Part shown: positions 46,980 to 62,454 of the stretch, one piece after another
Layout: every line of letters starts with the position of its first letter
How positions within the stretch are numbered: position 1 is the first letter of the stretch
Source: the human T2T-CHM13v2.0 reference genome, Homo sapiens
Assembly: GCF_009914755.1 (NCBI RefSeq)
Contig: NC_060935.1
Strand: one strand, 5' to 3'
DNA length: 64,000 nucleotides
Notes under the pieces: model-generated
Database searches by the model: none
What the model saw: only the letters and a program-made list of their open reading frames with translations
What the model was told of the DNA's origin: nothing
Program-made: the position numbers and the translations under genes

Positions 46980-49035
46980 GCTGGACTAGGTATTTCAACA
47001 TAAGCAAACAAAACTTGTGAAAGAAGTGTTTTCAGAGTCTAGACAACAGGTAGTGTAGGACTGTGATCCCTTTGTTTACCCCCAGTTTCTACCCTAAGGA
47101 ACTGTCTGGATCACAAAGTGGAAAAGCGTAAGCCAAGCAGGGAAGACTCGTCTACAAAACCTTTGAGGTGGAGATCACAGTTTGGGAGGCTAAACAGCTG
47201 AAATTTGTGAGGCAGACCACCAGAAAGAAGGCAAGAGAACAAAGCAGAAAACATGATTGTTTTAAACAAATATCTCAACATAATGAAATGGGGAAAGGAT
47301 AGTCTTTTCAACAAATGATGCTGGAAAATTGAATATCCATATGCAAAATAATAGTAATAATAACCTTTGTCAACATTTACTACAAACCCTACTGCTACAT
47401 AATTCTTAATGCAGAATAAATAAGCATGCTGCCCCTAAGATCAGGAAGAAACTAAGTCACCTTCTATGTAATATCATAATTAATTAAGTTTCCTAGCTAG
47501 TATAATTGGCAAGAAAACAATTGCAAGCAAGTAAACTGTCCTTATAGATAGACATTACTACATAAAAAGAAAATTCTACAGAATGCACAGAAAACTACTA
47601 GAAATAATGAGTGAATTTAGCAAGAGTGCAGGATGCAAAGTCAAGATACAAAAATCAATTATAGTTCTATATGCTAAAAATAAAATAACTTTAAAAAGAA
47701 ATTTAATAAAATATATACCTTATGAAAATATCAATAAAATACAAATTACTTAGGTAATAGAAATATGGGCCAACGTGGCAAAACCCCATCTCTACTAAAA
47801 ATACAACAACTAGCCGGGCGTGGTGGCGGGTGCCTATAATACCAGCTACTCAGGAGGCTGAGGTAGGAGAATCACTTGAACCTGGGGGGCAGAGGTTGCA
47901 GTGAGCCGAGATCATGCCACTTCACTCCAGCCTAGGTGAAAGTGCAAAACTCTGTCTCAAAAAAAAAAAAAAAAAAAAAAAAAAAACAGAAAGAAAGAAA
48001 TATAAGCAAAATTTGGACACTGAAACTGTAAAACAATGTTGAGAGAAATTAAAGAAAATGTATATAGAGAAATATACCATGTTGGTGGTTGGGGGATTTA
48101 ATATTTTTAAGATATCAATTCTTTATAGACACATAGATTCAAACCAATACCAAGCAAAGTTACAGGAAGATTTTTGGAGAAATTGACAAGGGAATCCTAA
48201 AATTGATACAGAAATGCAAAAGAGCCGGAATAGTAAAAACAATTTTAAAAATAAGAAACAATGTTAGAGGGCTTGCACAGTTAATATGAAGACTTATTCC
48301 AAAACTACATTAATAAGGATAGTATACTACTTACAGATCAGTGGAACAAAAATAGGTATATTGTTAAAAGACAACTGTTTTAAACAAATATCTCAAGGTA
48401 ATGCAATGGGGAAAAAATAGTCTTTTCAACAAATGATGTTGGAAAATTTGAATATCCAGATGCAAAATAATCATAGTCGTAATAATCAATAATAATCTCT
48501 ATTTAACATCAAATACAAAAATAAATTTATAAACATATATCAGCATAAAGGCTTGCATAAAAACATTTTTAAAGATTTATTTATAGTAGCCAAAAGCTAC
48601 AAACAACTTAATTATAAATCAACAGGTTACATCAGGATTAACAAATTATGGCATTTCCATAAAATGACATACTACTAAACAGTAAAAAGCTATAAACTAC
48701 TGATACATACAATTCGAGAGTCAATATCTATGACTCTCAAAAACATTATACTAAGCCAAGGAAGGCAGACAAAAATCATACTGCATGTTTCAATTTATAT
48801 AAAATTCGAAGATAGGTGAAACTGATGTATAGTGATTGTTGTCTGGGCTGCAAATTGGAGTGGAAGATTGCCTGGCAAAAACCTTAAGAAAATTGTCTGG
48901 GGATAACAAAGATGTTCAACATCCCAGTCGGGGAGGCTATTACAAAGATGAATACATTTGTCTAGATCCATTGAACTTAAAAGTAGATAAAATTTATTGC
49001 ATGTAAATTATATATCAACAAAGTTGATTTTTATA
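46980..49035 (+). mobile_element. Rearranged ancient L1ME
   Basis: ORF2 motifs (caaaaatcaattatagttctatat); 3' end atgtaaattatatatcaacaaagttgatt. Confidence 0.7.
47767..47995 (+). mobile_element. 5'-truncated AluS
   Basis: Right arm plus long poly(A); TSD agaaatat. Confidence 0.88.
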
Positions 49036-51384
49036 AAATACCTGCTAATGCATAATGCATATCTCTGAACAAACCACTCTAGTATACTTTCTCAGAATTC
49101 AAGGCTTGCCAATAAACTTAAATGTGATTAAACCCAAAATAATATAGCTCTCATCTAAGGAACATGGCCACAGAATTTCTCCTGTGTATTAAGATTAGAA
49201 AATATAACTTCTACAGAAGGGAAGTAAGCGGGGCACACCACACAGGGCTACCATGCATCAGGATTCATTCCTGGCCCCCAATGACTACTGGGGAAGGAGT
49301 AAGTTGAAAAGGTGAGGAACAACTCATACTTACCATGGACCTCTGGAATCCTGGCAGCAGGAGGCCCCATGATACCCATAGACACCTGAGCTGGCAGAGA
49401 GAGCTGCTTAGAGAGGTGGTAGGGACACAGCTCCTGCATGTGCAGAGCCCAGAGGGTTTGGTGCAAGACCATCTGCAGTGGAGCATGGTCAGGGATGCCA
49501 ATCTCCCAATGCTCGCTATGCTCCTCTAGGAGACTTTAGCCTAGGGGAGTTGTCCAACTCAAACAAGGCAGGGTGGTCTTGCCCACGAGACGGGGCCAGT
49601 CAGATCTAAGCACTGGCCTGTCTGCTGGCCTCTTCCTGGGCCCCAGCCTGACCACACCCATTTGCAGTGCAGCCTCGGATGCCCAACCATGGTGCCTCCT
49701 AGGGTCCTGCCTCCTAGGTCCATCAACGGCCGACTGCAACTGACCATGGGGGAGAGCTCCAGAAGAGTGGACCCTGCAGATAGACATGTACCAACCCACC
49801 CTCACTCTCCCACCATCACAGCCTCTCCTGAGCTGCTCTGCCAGTACGCACTTACCCACAGCTGCACCCCCTTCTTTGTTTACATGTGGGTAGACCTTGC
49901 CTCCCTTTCCCAGCTGGCATGCAGTGCACCCCAATGCACCACTGCTGCTGGCATGAGCATACCCCACCCCCACATCACCACTGCCAGCATCAACTTGCAA
50001 ACAAAGGCCGGTGGTCCCACACCCCACCCCCTTCCCTGAACTGCATCACCACTACCACTGGCAAAATTGCCCTACATAGAGGCCAGCAGTTCTGCATCCA
50101 CCAGCACCCCAACCCCACACCAACCACCACCAGTGCAAACATCCACACTGATGCCAGTGGCCTTGCTCCCCTGCTCCAGGTTGTCACTGATGCACTGTGA
50201 ATGCACACCTAGGGAGAAGCAGACTGGTGCCCACCAGCACCGTATCCCAGCTGATAAGCATTTACCCCACTGCACTGCCACTGATGGCACAGCACAGATC
50301 CTGCTGTAACTGCCCTGACAAAGCACTTTGGCTGGTATCATCCATCAGAGTGTTGTGTCAGTGGTCTGGGAATACCTCAGTCCCTTCAGCACAACAAGTT
50401 CCTAACCTCAAGGGACCAGAGAACAAAGCCAGTGGCCCTATACCAGCTACCCAGAATTAGAACACATAGCCCAAGAGGGCTAAGCTGAGCCTTGACCCCC
50501 TAAAATCTTTTTAAAATGAAGCCAGTAGACTGTACAAACCTTATATCACAATGAAACCCCCAAGGACATCAAAGGAGATAATAGAAAAAAAAAACATCCA
50601 CAGGACAGCAACTTCAAACATTAAAGGAACATCTATCCACACAGATGAGAAAGAACGAGGACAAGAACTTTGGCGATTCCAAAAGCCAGAGTTTCTTCTT
50701 ACCTCCAAACAACTACACTAGTTCTCCAGTAATGGTTCTTAACCAGTATGAAATAGCAGAAATGACCAAAATATAATTCAGAATATGGTTAGAAATGAAG
50801 ATCATCAAGAGATTCAGGAGGAAGTCGAAACCTAATCCAAGGACTCTAAGGAATACAATAAAACAATACAGGAGATGAAAGACAAAATGGCCATTTTAAG
50901 AAAGAACAAAATTAATCTGATAAACCTGAAAAACTCCAAGAATTTTAGAATAAAATCTCAAGTATTAACAGCAGAATTGACCAAGCTGATGAAAGAATCT
51001 CAGAACTAAAAGACCAGTTATCTGAGATAATTCCGTAGGACAAAAATAAAGACAAAGAAGAATGAACAAAACATCCAAGAAATGTGAGATTATGTAAAGA
51101 GACCAAATCTACTATTCATTAGCATCCCTGAAATACAAAGAGAGAAAGCAAATGACTTGGAAAACGTATTTCAGGATATCATCCATGAAAATTTCCCCAA
51201 CCTTGCTAGAGAAGCCAACATTCAAACTCAAGAAATGCAGAAAACCCTTATGAGACAGTACACAGATGACTATCCTCAAGACACAGAGTCATCAGTTTCT
51301 CCAAGGCCAAAATGAAAGAGAAAATATTAAAGGCAGCTAGAGAGAAGGGGCAGGTCACCTACAAAGGCAACCCCATCAGGCTAA

Positions 51385-52106
<722 letters not shown>

Positions 52107-55100
52107 TTAAGATTCTTTTCAGACTAGCAAATGCTAAGGGAATTGTTACCACCAGACCTGTCTTACAAGAGGTCCCAAAGGAAGCACTAAATATGAAAAG
52201 GAAAGACTGTTACTGGCCACTACAGAAACACACTAAAGTACACAGACCTTTGATACTATAAAGTAACCACACAAACATGTCTGCATAATAACCAGCTAAC
52301 AACACGATAACAGGATCAAATCTGCACATATCAATATTAACCTTGAATATAAATGGGCTAACTGTCCCAATTAAAAGGCACAGAGTAGCAAGTTGGATAA
52401 AGAAGCAAGATCCAATGGTATGCTGTCTTCAAGAGGCCCATCTCACATGCAATGACACCCATAGGCTCAAAGTAAAGAGATGGAGTAAAATCTACCAAGC
52501 AAACAGAAAACAAAAAAGAGCAGGAGTTACTATTCTAATTTCAGACAAAACAGACTGCAAACCAACAAAGATCAAAAAATACAAAGGAGGGCATTACATA
52601 ATGGTAAAGAGTTCAATTTAACAGGAAGACTTACCTATTCTAAATATATGTATACACCCAACACAGAAGCACCCAGATTAATGAAACAAGTTCTTAGAGG
52701 CCTACAGAGAGACTTAGATAACCACACAATAATAGTGGGAGATTTCAATAGCCACTGACAGTATTAGACAGATAATCAAGGCAGAGAAGTAACTAGGATA
52801 TTCAGGACTTGAACTCAACACTTGATTAAATAGACCTAATACATATCTACAAAACTCTCCACCCTAAAACAACAGAATATACATTCTTCTTATATGCACA
52901 TGGCAATACTCTAAAATCAACCACCCAACTGGCCATTAAACACTCCTCAGCAAATCTAAAAAAAATGAAATTATACCAACCACACTCTGGGACCACAGAG
53001 CAATTAAAATAGAAATCAATGCTAAGAATATCACTCAAAATCAATTACATAAAAATTAAACAACCTACTCCTGAATGACTTTGGGTAAACAACAAAATTA
53101 AGGTAGAAATCAAGAAATTCTTTCAAATTAATGAGAACAAAGATTCTCTGGGACACAACTAAAGCATGTTAAGAGGGAATTTTACAGCACTAAATGCCCA
53201 CATCAAAAAGTTAGAAAAATCTCAAATTAACAACTTATTGTCACACCTAGAGGAACTAGAGAAACAAGAGCAAACCAACCACAGAACTAGCAGAAGACAG
53301 AAAAACACCAAAATTAGAGTAGAACTGAAGGAAATCGAGACCCTCCCCCTAAAAATACAAAAAAATCAATGAATCCTTAAGTTAATTTTTTGAAAGAATA
53401 AATAAGATAGATCACTAGCTAGGCTAATAAAAAAGAGAAGATCCAAATAAACACAATCAGAAATGACAAAGGGGTTGTGATCACCAAACCCACAGAAATA
53501 CAAAAAAAAACCCTCACAGATTACTATGCATACCATTATACAAACAAGTTAGAAAATCTGCATGAAATGAATAAATTCCTGTAAACATATAATCTCCCAA
53601 GACTGAACCAGGAAGAAATTGAATCCCTGAACAGATCAATAACAAGTTTCAAAATTCAATCAGTAATAAAAAGCCTATCAACCAGAAAAGGCCCAGGACC
53701 AGACAAATTCACAGTTGAATTCTACCAGATGTATAAATAAGAGTTGGTACCATTTCTACTGAAGCTATTTCAAAAATTGAGAAGGGACTCCTAACTCATT
53801 CTATGAGGCCACCATCATCCTGATACCAAAACCTGGCAGAAATATGGCCAAAAAGGAAAACTCCAGGCCATTATTCTTGACCTGGATTCTTGACTAACTT
53901 TAGATACAAAAATACTCAACAAAGTACTAGCAAACTGAATCCAGCAGCATATCAAAAAGCTAATCCACCACAATCAGGTAGGCTTTATCCCTGGGATGTA
54001 AGGTTGATTCAACATACACAAATCAATAAATGTGATTCACCACCTAAACTAAGCTAAAAACAAAAAAACACACGATCATCTCAATAGGTGCAGAAAAGGC
54101 TTTTAATAAAATTCAGCATCTCTTCATGTTAAAAAAGAAAAAAGCCCTCAACAAACTTCAAGGAAGTATGTTCCTTGAAGGAAGGAACATACTTCAAAAT
54201 AATAAGAGCCATCTATACCAAGCCCACAGCCAACATCATACTGAATGGACAAAAGCTGGAAGCATTCCCCTTGAAAACTGAAACAAGACAACAAGGGTGC
54301 CCTCTATTACCACTCCTATTCAACATAGTACTGGAAGTCCTAGCCAGAGCAATTAGGCAAGAGAAAGAAATAAAGGGCACCCAAACAGTAAGAGAGGATG
54401 TCAAACTATTTCTGCTTGCAGATGAAATTTTATACTTAGAAAACCCCAGTCTTTGCCCAAAAGTTCCTTAAGCAGATAAACAATTTTAGCAAAGTTTCAG
54501 GACACAAAATCAATGTACAAATTTAGTAGCATTCCTATACACCAACAACATCCAAGCTGTAAACCAAATCAGAAACTTAACCCTGTTCACAATATCCACA
54601 AAAAGAAAAAAGAATACCTAGGAATACAGCTAATCAGGGAGGTGAAAGATCTCTACAAGGAGAATTACAAAACACTAGTGAAAGAAATTAGAGATTACAC
54701 AAACAAATGAAAAAACATTTCAAACTCATGGATAGGAAGAATTAATATTGTTAAAATGGCCATACTGCCCAAAGCAATTTACAGATTCAATGCTATTCCT
54801 ATCAAACTACCAATGGAATTCTTCTCAGAATTCCAAAAAAAATACTATTTTAAAATTCATATAAAATCAAAAAAAGAGCCCAAATAGCTAAGGCAAACAT
54901 CAGCAAAAAGAACAAAGCTGGAGGTATCACATTACTTGTCTTCAAACTATAGTATAAGGCTACAGTAACCAAAAAAGCATGGAACTGGTACAAAATAGAC
55001 ACATAGACCAACGGAACAGAATAGAGAGCCTAAAAATAATGCCACATACCTACAACCATCTAATTGTTGACAAAGTCAACCAAAACAAGCAATGGCAATG

Positions 55101-56509
55101 GGGAAAGGACTCCCTATTCAATAAATGGTGCTGAGATTACTTGCTAGCCATATGCAGAAGATTTAAATTGGACCACTCCTTTGAAACACATAAAAAATCA
55201 ATTCAAAGTGTATTAAAGATTTAAATGTAAAACCTAAAAGTATAAAACCCATGGAAGATAACTTAGGAATTATCATTCTGGACATGGGACCTGGCAAAGA
55301 TTTCATGATGAAGATGCCAAAAGCAATTGTGACAAAAGCAAAAGTTTGCAAGTGGTACCTAAGCTGAAGAACTCTGTAGAGCAAAAGAAACTACCAACAA
55401 GCTAAACAGATAGCCTACAGAATGGCAGAGAATATTTGCAATCTATGCGTCCAACAAAGAACTAATATCCAGAATCTATAAGAAACTTAAACAAATTAAC
55501 AAGCAAAAAACAAACATAACCCCATTAAAAAGTGGGCAAAGGACATGAACAGACATTTTTAAAAGAAGACATACAGGCAGCCAAGAAGCATATGAAAAAA
55601 TGCTCAACATCACTAATCATTAAATAAATCCAAATCAAAACCACAATGAGATACCATCTAACATTAGTCAGAATATCTATTATCAAAAAGTTAAAAACTA
55701 ACAGATGCTGGCGAGGTTATGGAGAAAAGGGAACACTTATACACTGTTGATGGGAAAGTAAGTTAGTGAACCCATTATGGAAAGCAGTTTGGCAATTTCT
55801 CAAAGAACTTAAAACAAAATTTCCATTTGACCCAGGAATCCCATTATTGGGTCTATAACCAAAGGAATATAAATCACTCTACCACAAAGACATACATACA
55901 TACAGCACTATTAACAATAGCAAAGACATGGAACCAACCTAAATGCCCATCAATGATGGACTAGATATAGAAAATGTGATACGTATACACCATGGAATAC
56001 TATGTAGCCTTTAAAAAATAATGTGATTATATCCTTTGCAGCAGTATGGATGGTGCTGGAGAACATTGTCATAAGCAAACTAACACAGGAACAGAAAACC
56101 AAATACATATTCTCACTTACAAGTGGGAGCTAATCATTGAGTATACATGGACACAGAGAACAACAGATAATCCAGGCCTACTTGAGGGTGGAGAGTGGGA
56201 GGAGGGTGAAGATTGAAAAACCACCTATCAGGTACTATGCTTATTACCTGGGTGATGAAATAATCTGTGCAACAAACCCCTGTGGCATGCAATTTTCCTA
56301 TATAACAAACCTGCACATGTTCCCCTGAACCTAAAATAAAAGTTTAAAAAATGAAAGAAAATGGAACTTCTTTTCTTCTAAGAATTTGGGTTATCGTTTT
56401 TGATGTTTGAAGCTGGTTTGTTCCCCCAGGCACAAAGAAAATAAGTATTATATACTACTTAATTCATGGAAGATTATCATGCTCAGTCTTTACAGGTTCC
56501 TTCTTTTAT

Positions 56510-56995
56510 TTTATTAATTATTTTCTCCCTTCATCCTAGATGAACACATTTCCCATTATCCATCCAACTAGATAGCCAGTTTAGCATTTTAATTGAGGTC
56601 CTGACTATAATTATACAGCCTATAAAATGTGTTTTGTGCTTGTATTTTTAATTTATGTATTTTTCCCATTTATCACTATATTTTCAGATCTATCCATGTG
56701 GCTATATATAGATCTACTCAGTTGCTTCTAATGCTACATTCTCTGCAGCATCAATTTCTACAGTATGTGTCCCTCATATTTTACATATCAATTTCCCTAG
56801 TGATGACCACCTAGGTTACCTTTGAATACTAACAGTGATGAATATCCTTATAGATCCACATGTGGGAAGTTTTCCATGTAATACACACCCAGAAATGGTA
56901 TTGCTGGCTCACAAGGTATAGTCACACTTATACTATTAGCTTAATTTCCAGAAATATTGTACTACTTTCTATTCCCACCAGTAATGCATTGTGTA
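56510..56995 (-). mobile_element. L1ME 3' fragment
   Basis: acacccagaaatggtattgctggctcacaaggtat; attcccaccagtaatgc. Confidence 0.6.
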
Positions 56996-57059
56996 TTTTA
57001 ACGTTAAGCTCATTTAAAATATATTCTGCCACCTAAAGTGGCAGATTACAAGATAATAG

Positions 57060-57153
57060 ATTTTATTTTGTTTCTGGCTACTCTACATCAGTAAGAAAGA
57101 AAGAATAATTTTGTCTTGTTTCTGGCTACTCTATATTCATAAGAAAGAAAGAA
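57060..57153. repeat. ~48-bp diverged tandem duplication
   Basis: ttgtttctggctactcta...taagaaagaaagaa twice. Confidence 0.9.
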
Positions 57154-57939
57154 AAGATATCATTAATTCCACCACCCAGGAAGGTAGTTCGGTCTTGACT
57201 TCTAAGGCATGGGCTGTTTTTAAGTTAAGAAAAAAATAAACAATGATATTGTGTTTTGGAGCCAGAAGGGTGAGTTGCTAGGCAGAGAACCACCACCATT
57301 GAAGACAGCTCTGAATAGGTCTTTGTGCTTCAAAGGCCTAGGTCCATTTGGAGAACCAAATATTTGGAAAGAAGAGAAGAATTGGAGGCTTTCTAGTGTT
57401 ATCTGACAGGTTGATAGTTATTGATTCTCTAATATACACCTGCTTGCCATGGGTGTGAGGACTGATCCCACCTAAACTGCCTGTGTAGTGAAAGAACTGT
57501 AGAAGGCCATAATTAGGGAAGAAGCGCTACACTCCTTGAAGTCTAAGTGAGGGTCCATCTGGTTAAATTTGGTACAGTGGAAACAAACCATACACTGGAA
57601 TGATTAACCTCAAATGAACTGTTGTGTCTGCCTTTAAGGACCTTCTAAGTCCCCAGGGTCCTTGTAAAACCCAAGCAAGGGGAAGGAGGCTGTGAAGTAA
57701 AATGTCTGATAACAAACTTTCAAGCAATCTTCGTGGATAAAACCAGATTTAGCCTTATTCAGACAAAAGAAAAAGTTTGCTTCTTAAGGGCTTAGTTTAG
57801 GAATCTCTTTTCTTATCTCTGTGTCTTCTTTCCCTTGTTGATCTTGTAAATTTCTACAACTTTAAATGCTATCTATGACTTTTATTTTTATATATAACTA
57901 ATTCATGCACACACCACACTGCACATAATCCCTATGACC

Positions 57940-58145
57940 ATACCCCTCACCTTTTCTTCTTTGCACTTTTTACTGTTTGTTTTTAACACGTTGGCTGTCT
58001 GCCTTCCCAATTAGGTTGTATATTAGCCAATGCAGGAGTCCCATCTTGTTTATTTACCAAATATTTACCTATTTGTGTCTGATGTAGTTCCTGATACAGA
58101 GTATATAATTAATAAATATTTTGGAATGAATAAATAAATGAATTA
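57940..58145 (+). mobile_element. L2 3' end
   Basis: cctgatacagagta...aataaatattttggaatgaataaataaatgaat. Confidence 0.65.
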
Positions 58146-59499
58146 AAGCCCTAGAGTTGTAGAGCAATTCACATTTGTAACATAAAAAGAAAACACTTCT
58201 TCAAATCTCCTCCCATTAGTCATGCCATCTTGCTCTCTTCATTAATAATTCTGGAGCATAGGGGTCTCTATCTCCTTTACTCTGTCACTTTCCATTCTCA
58301 TCTCTGATGCAGAGTCCTTCTCTCATAAAAATGCAACTATGTTAATGCTCTAAGGCTGCCTTATGATGCAAAGGAAAATTTTTTTGCTCTATACATGGTC
58401 CATTTAAGAAAATAGGAATTCACCATTGCCATCCAAACATGAAATGTGGCATAGGTTTCCTGGGGTAGCAAAATGTACCAGAACCTAACAGAGGATAGAA
58501 ATGTGAAAAAACAGAGGCAATAAAAGAACAGAGAGTAACAGACTAAAAAGAAAGAAAGTATTTCTTGGTGACTATCTGATTATTACTCATTTTGGAGTGA
58601 AAGATGACCCCATGGCAACAGGAAAAAAATGTTTTGCATCATTCTCTGAACTGTGAATATATCAAAACAAGCCATTTGTATGATTCAATTTATTTCTTAT
58701 TTGTAATATCTGGACTCTCACTTTCTAGATGTTTCTAGATGAAGTTACAGTCTCAAACAAACCTTGTGGCTCTCATTGAATTAGAATTATTCCTCAACTA
58801 TCACTTTGCTAAGATCTGACTTAGGCACTGCAGGATATCCACCATCATAATTTAGGTTCTCATCACTCTATTTCAGATTAGAATAAGACATGGCAAAGAA
58901 TGGAATAAATATGTAGGCCACTGTAGAAGGAGACTAGGGAGTACAAAGTCACAAGCAGTGATGGGTAGTTCAGAATGCGCACTTCAGCAAGGAACTAGGG
59001 AGGGAGATGAGTGGTTTTCAGATCCTGTCTTCCTTTCAGTGTTGGGGTCAGAGGACTTTCTTCCAAGCCAGCAAGTAAGACAGAAGATTCTGTCTGGCAT
59101 CTTCTCTGCAGGGTACTCTGAGCTAAAAATAGCTACTCTAGATAATGAATGCTATGGCATTGCTAATTTATTTAAATGAAAAAGTCCTCATCTGTGATTT
59201 TCCTATTTTTGCCCAGCCAACTAAACTTTGCCTGAAGCAGACAACAAGCTGGTGGTCACTAGACTATTACTAATACTAGTAGGTTTAGCTCATTAAAATG
59301 ATTTTAGAGCCTCTCAGTGCAATAAGCATGGCCTGTTGTCACTATTTCTATTTTTATTCCTTTGGGATATCACCTAGAAAGCTGAATTGAATTACAGCAA
59401 ATGAGTCTGCAGCTAAGCTTGAGGGGATGTGAAGAACAGAGTATTCCTAAGGTTTTGGTACCTTCTCAAGAATAGGTGGAAAATGGCTATGAATACTTT

Positions 59500-59690
59500 A
59501 AAGTTAGTCAACCCTGGATCCTCTCCAAAGGGAAGTTATCTAACTATTCTTAGCCTTGGCTTTCTTATCAGTAAAGTTAGGGCAATAATATATATGGTGC
59601 AGAATTATTGTTAATAATTAGAAGCAACTTATATCCAACACACAAGGCATGTGATAGGTGGTTGATAAATGTTACCTGTTATTATAGCTC
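59500..59690 (+). mobile_element. MIR
   Basis: gccttggctttcttatcagtaaagttagggcaataata core. Confidence 0.6.
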
Positions 59691-59971
59691 TCAGAAGTTT
59701 GCCCAAAATAAGGTTCATTAAATCATATGAATTTATCCAACACATTCCCAATATTTCATTGAGGATTTACAGATACAAGCATAGTAGTAGTCATATTGAT
59801 GCCACAGAAAAAAAGATGTAACTACACAGAAACATTGGTAATAATAAAATGACTCTCCTGTCAATATTGGTAGCTTGAACCAGAATTAACCATGACTGGA
59901 AATGAAGTGGAAGGGCTTCTATTCCCAGCTATTATATAACAGCATAACTTGGAGCAAACCAATGATGCTTC

Positions 59972-60350
59972 TGTCTTAGTTCATTTGTGCTACTATAACA
60001 AAATACCATAGAATGGGTAATTTATAAATAAAAGAATTTTATTTCTCATGTTTTAGAGGCTGGAAAGTTCAAAATCAAGGTGCAGACAGATTCCATGTCT
60101 GGTGAAGGCTTGCTCTCCACGTTCAAGGTGGCACCTTGTTGCTTCATCCTCACATGGTGAAAGGCAATGGGCAAAAAAAGGCCTGGCTACTTCCCTCCAG
60201 CACTTTTATAAGAACATTAATCCCATTCACCAGGCTGGAGCCCTCATGACATAATCACTTGTCAAGTACCCCACCTCTTAAGACCATCACCTTGTGGGTT
60301 AAGTTCCAACATGTGAATTTTGGAGTGACACATACATTCAAACAATAGCA
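59972..60350 (-). mobile_element. MSTC/MSTD (MLT1A-like) solo LTR
   Basis: tgtcttagttcatttgtgct...acattcaaacaatagca; TSD gcttc/gctcc. Confidence 0.85.
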
Positions 60351-60622
60351 GCTCCCACAAAGAAAAAAAAGAGATTTTTAAAAATCTCTATTTAAAAGCA
60401 TTGAGAGCTAATTAGGCAGTTAGGACTTAAAGGCCCAACATCCTAAAGAGAAGTGAAGCAGAAAGATGTGAGCCAGTAAGAGTCCCCTTGGAGAATTTCC
60501 TAATTTTTGGTGCTGTGTGAAAGGCTATGTATCTAAGGAAGAGCATAATTGCTGAGAAGCAGAGTAGCTGAAAGAGTTTCTGGTAATTTTGCAGGGCGGA
60601 AAACACAAAAAGTGGAGTCTAG

Positions 60623-60975
<353 letters not shown>

Positions 60976-61388
60976 ACAGTTACATTTTTAAGATACACAA
61001 AGCAACCGGCTAAGAATCTAAGCAGAATGCCACTTAAAGGAAAAATCATTTTCAATAGTCTGACAGTGACAAAGACAATTTACAGCATATGAATGAGCTA
61101 AAAAGAAGGGGACTTAATAAAAGATAAATACCCCAGCCTCTCAGTTAAGACTGTCTGAGGCTATGCTCCCAAGAATGAGGTTAAACAAGATGTATATTTG
61201 AGTTCATAACAACTGTAACACAGACAACTTAGGTTAATTCAGTTGTTGATTAAATTAAAGTGTATTTTCCTCACTGTAGTTTCCTGACAGAGAACAAGGT
61301 GAACCCTTTCTGGGGACAGACAAAATCATCTGAACACATGTAATTTTTTCATATAAAATATTCATCATTTAATAAAAAGATGCCAAGG

Positions 61389-61897
61389 AGATGGGGTTCA
61401 GGACACGATACACCAAAATATGGCACCTTGGATTTGAGAAAACAGCAAAAGGAATAAGGTAACTCTCACCCTCCCCTTGCCCCTTCTCCCCTGAAGCAGG
61501 CCATAAAAACCTAGCTGATCTTCCCCTGAAGCAGATCATTAGACCTTAATTCCATAGACCCCCTCCCTATACCTGGAAGAAAGGAATGCTCTTATCCTCA
61601 AAGATAAAGATGCCAAGAAGAATCTGAACAACCCTTCCTAAGTCTGCCCTCCGCCCCCAACTTGTAACCTTTAGAACACACCCCCTTTTGTCCACACTTC
61701 TGTGACTGTTCATTCTTCAGCAAACCTAAGCATAAAAATACAGTTCTCCCTATTTCTTTGAGTCGTCATTTCTGAAGGCTCCTGTGTCATAGAAAACTTA
61801 CATTAGACAAATTTGTAAGATTTTCTCATGTTAATCTTTTATTATAAGTGACTCAGCCATGAATTTGTGATGGATGAGAAATCTTCTATTCCCTACA
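61389..61897 (+). mobile_element. LTR54-like ERV1 solo LTR inside an L1M remnant
   Basis: gatggggttcaggacac...ccaaaatatggcaccttgg start; ...ccctaca end; 4-bp TSD aagg. Confidence 0.75.
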
Positions 61898-61965
61898 AAG
61901 GCAGACCAAGAAACAAGACAAAAATAAGGCCCAGATGATATAAATAGACCCACAGATTATCAAAA

Positions 61966-62155
61966 TCAATGTTATCTAACAGAACTTTCTGCAATGATAG
62001 AAATGTTCTATGTATGTGCAATCCAATACATGAGTGACTGCACACATGTGGCTATTGAGTACTTGACATGAAGAACTGAATTTTCTTTTTTATCTTAATT
62101 GATTTACATTTAAAGAGCCACATGTACCTAATGGCCACTGTACTGGACAGCACAG
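61966..62155. mobile_element. MER3 hAT-Charlie DNA transposon
   Basis: agaactttctgcaatgatagaaatgttcta; cacatgtggctattgag; tactggacagcacag. Confidence 0.85.
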
Positions 62156-62454
62156 CAGTAGCCACTAATGGAATGCATAATTCTCATGATGATAAAGGTA
62201 AAAGATAATTAATAGAAATATTTGATGAATTCATCAAAGGAAGAAAAAGGCAACATACAACAAATGAGACCCCCAAAAAAACAGATATTGTATAATGGTC
62301 AGCATCTACCCAAATATATCAGTAATAAGCATGTAATGTTACTCACAAGAAAAGAATATATACTCTAATCGAAAAACAAAGATTGTCAGACTGAAAAAAA
62401 TAAACAAAGCTTAACTATATGCTGCTCATAACCGTGACACATTTAATTATGGGA

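Noticed and set aside
49248-50460. GC-rich cluster of overlapping ORFs as a CpG-island gene
   Set aside because: It is the CpG-depleted 5'UTR of the L1PA15-like element
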